Origin: Carcharhinus longimanus
Taxonomy: Eukaryota
Assembly: GCA_030264375.1 (NCBI GenBank)
Contig: JASCQW010000081.1
Location: forward strand, 88,575,191-88,639,190
DNA length: 64,000 nt
Direction of reading: 5' to 3'
Positions 1 to 13,016 of the stretch are shown here, piece by piece. The notes below the pieces were generated by a model. It saw nothing but the letters and a program-made list of their open reading frames with translations. It did not search any database and was not told where the DNA came from. The translations under genes and the position numbers were made by a program. Position 1 is the first letter of the stretch, and every line of letters starts with the position of its first letter.

Positions 1-930
1 GATCCCATGCGACTTCACCTTCTGCACCAGTCTGCCATGAGGGACCTTGTCAAAGGCCTTACTGAAGTCCATGTAGAAAACACTGCCCTACCCTCATCAA
101 TATCTTCATCACTTCCTCGAAAAACTCGATCAAGTTCGTGAGACACGACCTCCCCTTCACAAAACCATGTTGCCTCTCACTAATATGTCCACTTATTTCC
201 AAGTGGGAATAAATCCTGTCTCGAAGAATCTTTTCCTTTAATTTCCCTACCACTGATGTAAGGCTCACTGGCCTGTAATTACCTAAATTATTTTTGCTAT
301 CCTTCTTAAATAAAGGAACAATATTGGCTACTCTCCAATTGTCAGGGACCTCCCCTGTTGCCAGTGAGGATACAAAGATTTCTCTCAAGGCCCCAGCAAT
401 TTCCTCCTTGCCTCTGTCAGTATTCTGGGGTATATCCCATCAGGCCCTGGGGACTTGCCTGCCTTAATGTTTCTCAAGAACCCCAATACCTCCTCCTTTT
501 TGATCACAACATAACTCAAACTATGTACACGTCCTTTCCCAGACTCAGCATCCACCAAATCCTTCTCTTTGGTGAATACTGACGCAAAGTACTCATTTAA
601 TACCTCAACCATTTCCTCTGGCTCCACGCATAGATTTCCTCCCTTGTCCTTGAGTGGGCCAACCCTCTCCCTGGCTACCCTCTTCCACTTTATATATGTA
701 TAAAAAGCCTTGGGATTTTCCTTAATCCTGCTGGCCAATGCTTTTTCATTACCCCTTTTAGCCCTCCTTACTCCTTGCTTAACTTTCTTTCCACTTCCCT
801 TTATTTCACACTTGCTTTGTGTGTTGCCAGCCTCCTAGCTTTGACAAATGCTTCCTTTTTTCCTCTTTGACTAGGCTCACAATATCTCTCATAATCCAAG
901 GTTCCCAAAAACTTGCCATACTTATCCTAA
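1..930 (-). mobile_element. CR1-type LINE ORF2 fragment (RT region), frameshifted
   Basis: ORFs 385-738 and 59-388 read KSPGPDGIYPRIL, VPDNWRVANIVPLFKK, NYRPVSLTSVVGK and QHGFVKGRSCLTNLIEFFEEV, all typical CR1 ORF2 motifs. Confidence 0.93.
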
Positions 931-1829
931 GTGTATTGAATCCAATTCATGGTTTCCATAAGGAAGACAAACAAGCTGACAAGTAAAGGCCTTGCAACCC
1001 ATCTTGATCCTGATCCAATGTTTGATCTTAGCTAAAAGGCTGAGAAGCAATCTGCTCGAACGTCAGAGAATCTCACAGCACGTAGAGAAGCCATTCAGCC
1101 CATTATATCAATGCTGGCTCTTTGAAAGAGCTATCCAGTTTGTCAAGCTACCCCCTGCTTTCTCCCCACAACATTGCAAGTTTTTTTTTCGTTTACGAGG
1201 ATTTATTCAATTACCTTTCGGTAAGCTATTGCTGAAATTGCTTCCACGTTCCTTTCAGGAAGAACATTCCGGATCACTACAATTCACTGTGCAATAATAA
1301 AAAAAAATCTTCTCTTCTCCCAGTCTGTTTCTTGTACCAATTATCTTCAATCTGTGTCCTCTGGTTGCCACCCATCCCCCCTTTCCCCCGCCACAGGAAA
1401 GTGCTTCAAATTAAAAGACACTTTCTCATTAACTGGACAGTTTGTAGAAAATGGAATTTATCCTCCAGGGATTTCAGGATTTTAATTTGTTTTTCTCACA
1501 TGCTGGAGATTGACAGAACAGTCACTGCTACAGTTAGTGTCGGGGGCGGGGGGAGGGGAGTAGGGCAGAACCTGGGCTAAGGGTGTCTGTGAGAACAGGA
1601 GCATCACAAATAAGGATTCCTAAAACAAAACCTTCCTCAATGCTGCAACTTTTCAATCCCATTTTAACAGAAACTATCTTTCCCCCGAGACGCTGACCCC
1701 CCCGACATTTACTGTTGTTCGGGAACTGCAATTGTTGTCAGGTGGAAAAAAAGGAGGTCGGCATCGTTTCACAATTATTTAACTGAACGATTAAATCAAT
1801 TAGTTAAGAAGTGGTAGGCATGCACAGAG

Positions 1830-2290
1830 GAAGAGTGACAGTGCCTAGGGCAGGATTGGGAATAGTGACGTTAGGAGAGGCAGGAGTCAGGGAGATAATG
1901 GGAATGGTGAAGTTAGGCAGAGCCGGAATCAGGGAGAGAACAGGAATAGTGAGGTTCGGAGGAGCAGGAGTCAGGGAGAGAATGGGAATAGTGAGGTTAG
2001 GAGGGACAGGAGTCAGGGGGAGAATGGGAATAGCGAGGCTCGGAGGAGCAGGAGTCAGGGACAGAATGGGAATAGTGAGGTTAGGAGGGACAGGAGTCAG
2101 AGAGAGAATGGGAATGGTGAAGTTCGGAGGGACAGGAGTCAGGGAGAGAATGGGAATAGTGAAGTTAGGAGGGGAAAGTGTCAAGAGAAAATGGGAACAG
2201 TGTTGTTCTGAGAAGCGGCTGTCAGGGAGAGAATGGGAATAGTGATGTTCGGAGAGGCAGGAGTCAGGGAGAAAATGGGAATAATCAGGG
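1830..2290. repeat. 42-bp minisatellite (consensus AGGGAGAGAATGGGAATAGTGAGGTTAGGAGGGACAGGAGTC), about 10-11 units
   Basis: Tandem units are visible directly and give a 14-aa periodicity in ORFs 1811-2242 and 1804-2352. Confidence 0.92.
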
Positions 2291-2929
2291 CTTTGCTGAT
2301 TCCAAAGTAACATATTCACTAAACAAATAAATGGCCCTGTTTTTGCTGCCAATGAAGAGATGTGGATTCAATTTCCCAGGATTAAGAATTCAGCTGCTGG
2401 ATACAATCTGTCGGGAACACTCGGCCACGTTATTCCAAATTATATTTTTAACTGCATTACTTTATCAAAGTTAGACCTTGAATACTTACTTCCCTGCTGT
2501 CAAAAAAAAAACAGGATTGGTGTCAAGGAAAAAATTGTTTGGCTTGGTATTGTTACAAAGTGCCTCATAAATTCCAAAATTAGCATTAGAGATGGTGTTT
2601 CCAATAAACCTGGGCACCAGGATTCCTGCCAGACTGGGCTGAGGAGATTTGGGCTGGTCATCTGTAGTGAGCTTTGCTCAGTGATTGCAGTCTCTGGACC
2701 AGAAACACAGTTTGAACAAGATTATTATCGGAAATCATTAAACTGTATCTAGGAGGCATGGCTGATGGTTGATGGAAAATTCGTTTACATTAAGATTCAT
2801 TCAGTCTACATTTTGGTGATTTGTATTCACAGAGAATAAATTGACGGAAGAAGATCTTAATGTGTGAGCACCGAGATAATTATGAGGCAATAAATGGAGA
2901 TTACTTAACTCATTACTGGTTAATCAGAA

Positions 2930-4776
2930 ATGATATATAGCTGAAACGTGACAGAGATATAATTACCCAGAACTGATATGCAACTGGAATGTGACAGTGG
3001 TACGATTACTCAAGACTGATATATAACTGAGACATGACAGTGATAAGATTACCCAGGACTGATACATTACTGGGACATGACAGTGATAAGATTACCCAGG
3101 ACTGATACATTACTGGGACATGACAGTGATACGATTACTCAGGACTGATACATTACTGGACATGACAGAGATATAATTACCCAGAACTGATCTGCAAATG
3201 GCACATGGCAGTGATAAGATTACCCATGACCACATTACTGGGAATGACAGTATAAGATTACCCAGGACTGATTACCGGGGTATTGAAAGTGAAAAGCTTA
3301 CCCAGGACTGATCTATTACTGGACATGACAGAGATATAGTTACCCAGATCTGATCTGCAACTGGCACTTGACAGTGACAAGATTACCAAGGACTGATATA
3401 TTACTGGAACATGACAGTGATAAGATTACTCAGGGTTGATATATTACTGGAACTGGAATGTTGAAGTTGGAAAGATTACCCAGGACTGATATATTTCTGG
3501 ACATTAAATATGATAAGATTACCCAGAACTGATAGATTACAGGAAATGACAGGAATAAGCTTAGCCAGGATTGATGAATTACTTTTCGTGACAGTGATAA
3601 GATTACCCAGGACTGATTTATTACTGGGAAATGTCAGGCAAAAGATTACCCAGGACTGACATATCACTGGAATATGACAGTGATAAGATTAGCAAGAACT
3701 GATTCATGACTGAATATGACAGGAATAAGATTACCAAGATATATTACTGGGCATGAGAGTAATAAAATTAACTGGAACGGATAGATTGTTGGACATGGTA
3801 GTGTTAAGATTACCCAGGATTGATCTATCCGCTGACATGAGACTGTTAAGATTACCCACAACTGATGTATTATTGGAAATGACAGTGGTAAGATTGCCCA
3901 GGACTGATATATAACTGGGATATGACAGTGATAAGATTACACAGAAGTGATATATTACTCAAACACTGCAGTGGTAACGTTATCCTGGATTATTATTACT
4001 GGTTCAAGGTAGTGATGAGATTACCCGGGGTTGATATATTACTGGACACAACAGTGATCGGTTTACCCAGGACTGATATTTGCTAGGCACTAAATGTGAA
4101 AGATTACCCAGGACAGATACACTACAGGAAATGACAGGTTAAGCTTAACCAGGACTGAGAAAATACAAGACATGATGGTGATAGCATCAGCATGGATTGA
4201 TATATTACTGGACATGACGGAGATAAATTACCCAGACCAGATACATTACAATAAATGACAGGGGTAAGTAAGCTTAGCCAGGGCTAATATATTACTGGCA
4301 CATGAAAGTGATATGGTAACCCGAGACTGATATATTATTGGACATGACAGAGATAAGATTATCCAGGACTGATTTATTACTGAATATCATAGCGATAAGA
4401 GCACCCAGTACTGAAATATTACTGGGACGTGACAGTGATAAGATTAACAAGGGCTGACATATTACTGGACATGATAGTGGTAAGATTACCCAGGATGGAT
4501 ATATTACTGGGACATGAGAGTGATAAGACTACACTGGACTGATACATTATTATGAGGTTAGGAGGTGCAGGAGTCAGGGAGAGAATGGGAATAGTGAAGT
4601 TAGGAGGGACAGGGGTCAGGGTGAGAATGGGAATAGTGAGGTTAAGATTACCCAGGATTGATATATTATTGGGACATGGCAGTGATAATATTAACCAAGG
4701 CTGGTGTATTACTTTAGATGACAGTGATACAATTACCCAGGACTGATATATTACTAGACATGACAGTGATAATAGT
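2930..4776. repeat. 43-bp degenerate satellite (GACATGACAGTGATAAGATTACCCAGGACTGATATATTACTGG), left part
   Basis: Units start at 3031 and 3074 (43-bp period), with dozens of diverged copies. Two 42-bp units of the other family are embedded at about 4552-4642. Confidence 0.92.
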
Positions 4777-4971
4777 TTTTTCCATTCATTCGTGGGACAT
4801 GAGCATCGCTGGCTGGCCAATATTTATTGCTCATTACTAGTTGCCCCTTGAGAAGCTGGTGGCAAGCTGTCTTCTTGGATCGCTGCAGTCTTAAGTGCTG
4901 TTGGTTGACCCACAATGGAAGAGAATTCCAAAATTTTGACTCAGTGACTGTGAAGGAATGGTGACATATTT

Positions 4972-5250
4972 AAAGTTTATTTGTTAGTCATAAGTAAGGC
5001 TTACATTAACACTGCAATTAAGTTACTGTGAAATTCCCCTAGTCACCACACTCCAGTACTTGTTTGGGTCAATGCACCTAATCAGTACATCTTTCAGACT
5101 GTGGGAGCAAATCAGAGCACCTGGAGGAAAACCATACAGACACAGGAAGGATGTGCAAACTCCACACATTCAGTGACCCAAGCCAGGAATCGAACATTGG
5201 CCCTTGGTGCTGTGGGGCAGCACTGCTAACTACTGCGTCACCGTGCCACC
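4972..5250 (-). mobile_element. V-SINE with tRNA-derived head and MER6-like 3' tail, nested in the LINE
   Basis: Reverse strand shows the head GGTGGCACGGTGACGCAGTAGTTAGCAGTG and the tail TTCACAGTAACTTAATTGCAGTGTTAATGTAAGCCTTACTT. Confidence 0.75.
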
Positions 5251-6865
5251 AATTTCCAAGTCAGGATGGTGAGTGGTCTGGAGATGTACTTCCAGGTGGT
5301 AGTGTTCCTATTCAGCTGTTACCCTTGTCCTTCTAGATGGAAGTGGCCGCGGGTTTGAAAGGTGCTGTTTAGGGATCTTTGGTGAATTGCTGCAGTGCAT
5401 CTTGTAGGTGGTACACACTGCTGCTACTGAGCTTCAGTGATGGAGAGCGTGGATGTTTGTAGATGTGGTGCCAATTAAGTGTCCTAGATGGTGTCAAGCT
5501 TCTTGAGTGTTGTTAGAACTGCACCCATCCAGGCAAGTTGTGAATATTCCATCACATCCCTGACTTGTGTCGTATAGATGCTGAATAGGCTGTTGGGAGT
5601 CAGAAAGTGAGTTACTTGCTGCAGTATTCCTAGCCTCTGACCTGCTCATGTAGTCTCAGTGTTTATGTGGTGAAACCAGTTGCGTTTCTGCTCATTGGCA
5701 ACCTCCAGGTTGCTGACAGTGGGGGATTCAGTGATGGTGGCACCATTGAATGTCAAGGGGCGGTGGCTAAAGTGTCTCTCACTGGTGATGTTTATTGCCT
5801 GGCATTTGTGTGGCACAAATGTTACTTGTCAATTGTCAGCCCAAGCCTGGATTTTGTCCAGATCTTGTTGCACTTGAAAATGGACTGCTTCAGCATCTGA
5901 GGAGTTGTGAATTCTGCTGTATATGTGTGCAGTCATCAGCAAATATCCCCATTTCTGATCATATGATGGATGAAAGGTCATTGATGAAGCAGGTGGAGAT
6001 GGTTGGGCCTAGGACACTACCCTGAGGGACTCTTGCAGAGATGTCCTGGAGCTGAGATGACTGACCCTCCACAACAACAACCATCTTCCCATGTACCAGG
6101 TATGACTGGAAACAGTGGAGAGTTTGCCCCCTGATACCCATTGCTTCCAGCTTTGTGAAGGCTCCTTGATGTCACACTCGATTGAATGCCACCTTGATGT
6201 CACTCTCACCTCACCTCTGGAATTCAGCTCTTTTGTCCATGTTTTAACCAAGGCAGTAATAAGGTCCGGAGCTGAGTGATCCTGGCGAAACCCAAACTGG
6301 GCATCACCGAGCAGGTTATTGCATAGCAGGTGCTGCTTAATAGCACTGTCGATGACCCCTTCCATCACTTTATTGATGGTCGTGAGTAGACTGATTGGGC
6401 GGCTATTGGCTAGGTTGGATTTGTCCTGATTTTTGAGTACAGGACATATGTGGGCAATTTTCCACATTATTGATTAAATGCCAGTGTTGAAGAGTTTGAA
6501 GAGTTTGGCTTGGGGAGTGGCAACTTCTGGAGGACAAGTCTTCAGTACTATTGCTGGAAAGTTATCAAGGCCCATTGCCTTTGCAATATCCAGTTTCCTC
6601 CGACCATTTGTTGATATCACGTGAAGTGAATTGAATTGGCTGGAGGCTGGCATCTGAGGTGCTGGGGACCACTGGAGGAGGTCGAGATGGATTGTCCACT
6701 TGGCACTTGTGGCTGAAGATTGCTGCAAATGCTTCAGCCTTATCATTTGCGTTGATGTGCTGGGCTCCTCCATCATTGAGGATGGGGATATTTGTGGAGA
6801 CCACTCCTCTACTGAATTGCTTCATCGTCCACCACCATTCACGACTGGCAGGACTGCAGAGCTCA

Positions 6866-7280
6866 GAACAAAGAACAAAGAAAATTACAACGCAGGAACA
6901 GGCCCTTCGGCCCTCCAAGCCTGCACTGACCATGCTGCCTGACTTAACTAAAACCCCCTACGCTTCCGGGGACCATATCCTTCCATTCCCATCTCATTCA
7001 TGTACTTGTCAAGACGCCCCTTAAAAGTCACTATCGTATCCACTTCCGTAACCTCCCCGGCAACAAATACTAGGCACCCACCACTCTCTGTGTAAAAGAT
7101 CTGCCTCATACATCTCTTTTAAAACTTGCCCTTCACACCTTAAATCTATGCCCCCTAGTAATTGACTTTTCCACCCTTGGAGAAAGCTTCTGACAATCCA
7201 CTCTGTCCATGCCTCTCATGATCTTGTAGACTTCTATCAGCTCTCCTCTCAACCTCCGTCGCCCCCGTGAGAACAAAAGA
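6866..7280 (-). mobile_element. CR1 3'-end fragment nested in the LINE
   Basis: (AGAACAA)n tail followed by CAGGCCCTTCGGCCC, the reverse of the CR1/HER1 3' stem. The host LINE resumes at about 7281. Confidence 0.75.
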
Positions 7281-7855
7281 GATCTGAGCTGTTGACTGTG
7301 GGATTGCTCANNNNNNNNNNTGTATATCAGTGCTGTTTATGCCATTTTGCATGCAAGTAGTCTGGTTTTGTAGCTCAAAAAGTTGACACTTCATTTTTGC
7401 ACTAGCCTGGTAGCACTCCTGACATGCCCTCTTGCACTCTCATTGAATCATGGAATCATAGAATTCCTACAATGCAGAAAGAGGCCATTCAGCCCATCAA
7501 GTCTGCACCAACCACAATCACACCCAGTCTCTATTCCCATAATCGCATTTATTTACCCTGCTAATCCTCTGACACTAAGGTCAATTTAGCATGGCCAATC
7601 AACCAAACTTGGACATTTTTAGACTGTCCATTGACTGTCCATGTCTTTCCATTGTACCAGGGTTGATTCTCTACTTGATGGTAATGGTTGAATGGGGAGT
7701 ATGGCATGAAGTTACAGATTGTGCTGGAGTTCAGTTCCGCTGCTGTTGATGTCCCACAGTGACTCATGGATGTCCAGCTTTGAACGGCTAGATTTGTTCA
7801 AAATCTGTCCCGTTTAGCACGGCGTTAGTGCTGCCACACAACACAATGGAGGTTA

Positions 7856-8775
7856 TAGCCCAGGACTGATATATTACTGGGACATGATATTGATAAGATT
7901 ACATTTCTGAGCATTAAATCAAATAAAACTACCTAGGACAGGTACACTTCAGGAAATGACAGGGATAAGCTTAGTCAGAATTCAGATAATACCAGGACAT
8001 GACAGAGATAAATTACCTAGAATTGATATATTACTGGACATGACAATGATATGATTGTGCAGGACTGATAAATTACAGGAAAATACGTTGATAATCTTAG
8101 CCAGGATTCATAAAACACTAGCACATGATGTGAGAAGACCAACCAGAACTGATATATAATGGATGATTGACTGATACAATACTGGTACATGATAGTGATA
8201 ATAGTAACCAGGGATGATATATTGCTGTGAGATGACAGTGATAAGATTACCCAGGACTGATATATCACTGGGACGTGACAGTGATTAGATTACCCCGTAT
8301 GATATATTACTGGAAGATGATAGTGATAAGCCTATCCTGGACTGATATTATTTTACTGACAGTGGAAAGGTTACCCAGGACTGATATATTGCTGGACATT
8401 GACAGTGACAAGTTGTCACTCGTATATTACTGGACATGACAGTGACAAGACTACGCAAAACTGATATATTACCGGGACATGATGGTGACAGCATTACCCA
8501 GGATTGATATATTAATGGACATGACAGTGTTAAGGTTATCCAGGACTGATGCATAGTGGAAATGGCAGTGTTAAGATTACCCAACACTGAAATATTACTG
8601 GACATGACAGTGATAAATCTACACAGGACTGATATATTACTGGGACATGACTGTGACAACATTACCGAGGACTTATTTATTACTGGGCATGACAGTGATA
8701 GGATTACAAAGCACTGACATATTACTGTACACGACAGTCTTAAGATTTCACAGGACAGATATATTACTGGAATGT
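7856..8775. repeat. 43-bp satellite, right part
   Basis: Same unit as 2930-4776, e.g. GATGACAGTGATAAGATTACCCAGGACTGATATATCACTGG at about 8231. Confidence 0.9.
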
Positions 8776-9473
8776 GAGAGAAATTATATTACGGTCTTCT
8801 GGCACAGGTAACTGCAGACCATTTTGACTGTCCAAATCATGGAAAAAGTGTTTTTCTCCTTGACTGCATCTTTTTAACAGAGGATGAGCAGGTGCAGGGT
8901 GTCAGGTCTTCATTATGGAGCAGAGAGAGGAGAGTGGGGAGGCAGGGTGTAAGATAGAGAGTGAATGTGGGCACTGGGTGCGGCAAGGACAGATTGGGAA
9001 GCAATATCCTCAGTGTTCGTCTGTGTTCCCGATGCACTGTGTACACATGGATGCATTTGTGTTTGAAAAGTAGTTTATTCAGAAATCGCTGTTTAAAAAG
9101 TTGCGTAATGTGAAACAGATAGAAAGAAACATATAACTGTTGAGAGTTGAGAGTGGCTTCCTGATCTCAGAGGATTGTGCTGGATGAATGTTGATCTTTG
9201 TATCTTGTGGCAAGCATCTGCTTTCCAACTGAAGTTTTCAGAATCCCTTGTTGACCTTCCTCCACCTTCCCTGGTCATCTAGTTGCGTCTGAATATTATG
9301 GATACTCCCCGTCCTTCAATCTGAGCACTTGCAAATGTATTTACTTCTAAAGAAATGTTAAATTTCCTCTGTTAATCAATTATTTCAGCAGCCCTGGCTG
9401 ATGTCCAAAGGGCCGAAAGTACCAAAGGTGTCAGCTCACCCCACCCTCCCCATCCCCCCACAATCATCACCTG

Positions 9474-9806
9474 GGTCGCACTCAGGCACAGTGGTTGGTG
9501 CTGCTGCCTCACAGCGCCAGGGACCCAGATTTGATTCTGGCCTCGGGTCACTGTTTGTGTGGAGTTTGCACGTTCTCCCCGTGTCTGCAGAGTTTTCCTT
9601 CAGGTGCTTCGGTTTCTTCCCTTCCTTCCTTCCAGAGATGTCTGCGTTATGTTGACTGGCCATGTCAAATTGATCCCTTGTGTGGGGGATTAGAGGGGCA
9701 AGTATGCAGGTTTGCAGGAATAGGGCCTGGGTGGAACTGTGGTCGGTGCAGACTTGATGGGCCGAATAGCGTCCTTCTGCACTGTAGGGTTTTCATGGAT
9801 TCTGTG
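9474..9806 (+). mobile_element. HE1-type V-SINE
   Basis: tRNA-like head GGCACAGTGGTTGGTGCTGCTGCCTCACAGCGCCAGGGACCC, V-domain GTGTGGAGTTTGCACGTTCTCCCCGTGTCTGC and tail GGGCCGAATAGCGTCCTTCTGCACTGTAGG. Confidence 0.88.
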
Positions 9807-10044
9807 TAGCACTTTGCCTTGGAGGTCACCTTTCTGCTTCTCACTTGCTGACTGTCTTTAGTTGACCCCAGCCAGACACTCAGATACAATTGCAAGGACA
9901 CAATAAGGTGACACAAGTGTCCCTGACAACAGCATTCTGTGCAGCTCCAATCATTGGTTTCCCTCAGTCAGTGACTGTTTATGGGTTTTATTTCACTGAG
10001 AGGACAGAGAAAGAGACTTTCCACCAGATGGTGCTACATACTCA

Positions 10045-10457
10045 TGATGTGGAGATGCAGGCATTGGACTGGGATAAGCACAGTAAGAAATCTTTCAACA
10101 CCAGTTTCAAGTCTAATAGGTTTATTTGGCAGCGCAAGCTTTCAGAGTCTCAGGCTCCTTCTTCAGTGAGTGGGGAATTGTGTTCACAAACAGCACATAT
10201 ACAGTCACACACTCAATTTACAAGATAATGGTTGGAATGTGAGTCTTTACAGGTTATCTATGACCCCCACACCCTGCCTGGGCTTGCAAAATATCACTAA
10301 CTGTCCTGGCTGGAGACAGTACAAACCTCTTTAAACTGTGCTTGGCCATCTCTCCACTCAAATTGCCTGTACCTTTAAGACATCTTGTCCCATTGCCATG
10401 AATGTTATGTTGTGCAAGTGTTTACCCAGATACTTTCTGAAGGATGTGAGGCAACTC
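10045..10457. mobile_element. Penelope-like (PLE)-derived fragment with a minimal hammerhead motif
   Basis: The terminal motif GATGTGGAGATGCAGGCATTGGACTGGG...TTTATTTGG recurs at ~40.9, ~43.9, ~44.2, ~51.3 and ~60.9 kb. Minus strand 10136-10166 reads CTGAAGA-AGGAGCCTGAGACTCT-GAAAGCTT. Confidence 0.6.
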
Positions 10458-12278
10458 NNNNNNNNNNNNNNNNNNNNNNNNNNNNNNNNNNNNNNNNNNN
10501 NNNNNNNNNNNNNNNNNNNNNNNNNNNNNNNNNNNNNNNNNNNNNNNNNNNNNNNNNNNNNNNNNNNNNNNNNNNNNNNNNNNNNNNNNNNNNNNNNNNN
10601 NNNNNNNNNNNNNNNNNNNNNNNNNNNNNNNNNNNNNNNNNNNNNNNNNNNNNNNNNNNNNNNNNNNNNNNNNNNNNNNNNNNNNNNNNNNNNNNNACTC
10701 TGGCACTGGGTTCGAAACTCAACACAGCAGATAAATTTGAATCCAAAAGTGACCTGGAATTCAAAGTCTAATGCCCTCAGTCCCACCCACTCTTCACAGC
10801 CTCAATAGAATAAACACTGTACTGGCAATTCATCCATCTTGCACAGAGTTATTGTCACTGGTCAAATAATCTGGTGATGTTCTGGGGACAAGAACAGAAA
10901 ATGCTGGAAAATCTCAGCAGGTTCAACAACATCTGTGGAGAAAAAAGAGAGCCAATGTTTCGAGTCTGGATGACTGTTCATCACAAGTAATACTCTGGCA
11001 CTGGGTTCGAAACTCAACACAGCAGATAAATTTGAATCCAAAAGTGACCTGGAATTCAAAGTCTAATGACCATCAAACAATTATTGTTAAAAACCCCACT
11101 GAATGTCCATTCCTGCCTGATCATGTGATTCCAGGCCCACAGCAATGTAATTGACCCTTAAATGCACTGCATTTGCTCAGAATAACATTTAACATTGAGA
11201 GGTGAAAGCAACAACTGCAGTAAAAATGTTCTGATCTGACCCTTCCTGTTTCAATGGATTCCCAGAACATTGGGAGAGTCAAAGATTCCACTTGAACGGT
11301 CCCAAACTCTGGAAAATTCCAGATCACTACAGAGGATATAACAATTCCAAGGGACTTGAGGAAAATTATAATCACCAGGGAAAATCTACTGAATAAGTTG
11401 TTGAAACTGTGGGCTTACAAATCCCCAGGTGAACATTGACCTAGGTCTTTGAAATAATTGGTGAGTGAGTTTTGAAAATCTTTCATGGGCTCTGAGTGTC
11501 GCTGGCTGGATCAGCATTTATTGTCCATCCCTGAGGGCATTTCAAATTCAACCATGTTGCTGTTGATTTAGAGTAACATAGGCCAGACTGGCAAAGGATG
11601 GCAGATTTCCGTCTCTACAGAGAAATAATAAACAATGTGGGATGAGATTCTTTGGCCTTCCAACCACTTTGTTATGTGAGGTCTTCATTATGGAGCAGGG
11701 AGAGGTGACTGGGAAGGCAGGATGTAAGAGAAAGAGTGAATGTGGCAGTAGATGTGTCAAGGGCCTATGGAGAAGCAATATGCTCAGTGTTTGGCTGTGT
11801 TCCCGATGCACTGTGTACACATGGCAGTTAGATGCTTTACTGTTTGAAAAGCATTTTATTCAGGGGCCGCTGTTTAAAAAATTGCCTCATGTGAAACAGA
11901 TAGAAAAAGGATTTGACTCTCCAGAGTTGACAATAGCTTCCTGACCCCAGATGATTAACAGATGGATTGTGCTGGGTGGGTATTGATCTCTGTACCTTGT
12001 TGCTTTCTTGGTGAAGTGTTAGGAACGTCTTGTTGATCTTCCTCGCTCTTCCCTAGACATCCAGTTGCATCTGATTTTAATGTATTCTCCCCCACCTTCA
12101 ATCCCAGCACTTGCTGTTCAATTTCATTTCTACAGAGGCATTTCATTTCCTATGTTAATAAACTATTTCAGCAGCTCTGGCTGATGTCCAAAGGGCCAAA
12201 AGTACCCAGGGACTCAGCTCCCCCCACCCTATAACCACCCTCTCCCCCCCACACCCCGACTCCCAGTCATCACCTGGA

Positions 12279-12602
12279 AATGCACTGTGGCACAGAGGTT
12301 AGCACTGGTGCCTCACAGCGCCAAAGACTCAAGCTCAATTCCAGCCTCGGGTGACTAAGTTTGTGGAATTTGCATGTTCTCCCAGTATCTGTGTGGGTTT
12401 CCTCCAGGTGTTTCTTTCTTCCCTTTCTTCCTTCCAAAGACGTGTTGGGCAGGTTGATTGGCCATTTTAAATTGGTCCCTAGTATGGGAGGATTAGAGGG
12501 GTAATTATATGGGGTTGTGGGAAAAAGGGCCTTGATGGGATTGTGATGAATGCAGACTCAAAGGGCAGAATAGCTTCCTTCTGCATTGGAGGGATTCTAT
12601 AT
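12279..12602 (+). mobile_element. HE1-type V-SINE (paralogous copy of 9474-9806 within a local duplication)
   Basis: Same head, V-domain and tail, with flanks homologous to the 9.5-kb copy. Confidence 0.85.
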
Positions 12603-13016
12603 ATTCCGTGAAGGATTTTGCCTTGAAGGTCACCCTTCTGCTTCTCGCATGCTGACTGTCTTTTTTTTGACTCCAGCCAGACATTAATTTGCAATCACAG
12701 GGACACAACATTGTGATACAAGTGTCCCTGAGAACAGCATTCTGTGCAGCTACAATCATTGGTTTTCCTCATCCAGTGACTGCTTCTTTTTTCACTTGGG
12801 GAACAGAAAAAGAGAATTTCCACCAGATGGTGCCACACATTCAGCCAAATCTGAAAGAATGCTCTCTCATTATGAAAAGGAGCATTTTTACAAGAACAAG
12901 GGATTGGGGCAGAAAAAGGGAAGGTCACATTTTGAGGTGGGAGAAGGAAATGTATGGCTCTGTTGGTGAGGTGGGGGTTTGTTTTAAGAGGGAGTGTGTG
13001 TAGGTGTTTGCTGTCG

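Larger units (their letters stand above)
4777..7853 (-). mobile_element. 5'-truncated CR1/L2-group LINE inserted in the satellite, carrying nested insertions
   Basis: Minus-strand RT pieces WKIAHICPVLKNQDKSNLANSRPISLL, DAQFGFRQDHSAPDLITAL and VPQGSVLGPT. The 3' tail reads TTTTTTCCATTCATTC at 4777. The satellite resumes at about 7856. Confidence 0.85.

Noticed and set aside
1804-2352. Long repetitive ORFs on both strands (182 and 143 aa)
   Set aside because: By-product of a stop-free 42-bp tandem repeat, with no splice or homology support.
2930-8775. Regularly spaced repeats resembling a CRISPR array
   Set aside because: Units are contiguous and degenerate, with no unique spacers and no cas genes, in a vertebrate context.
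9474-9560. tRNA-like A/B boxes here and at other SINE heads
   Set aside because: These are tRNA-derived SINE heads, not complete cloverleaf tRNA genes.
10697-11068. Identical 77-bp direct repeat 295 bp apart
   Set aside because: It abuts a gap, so a recent short tandem duplication cannot be told from an assembly artefact.
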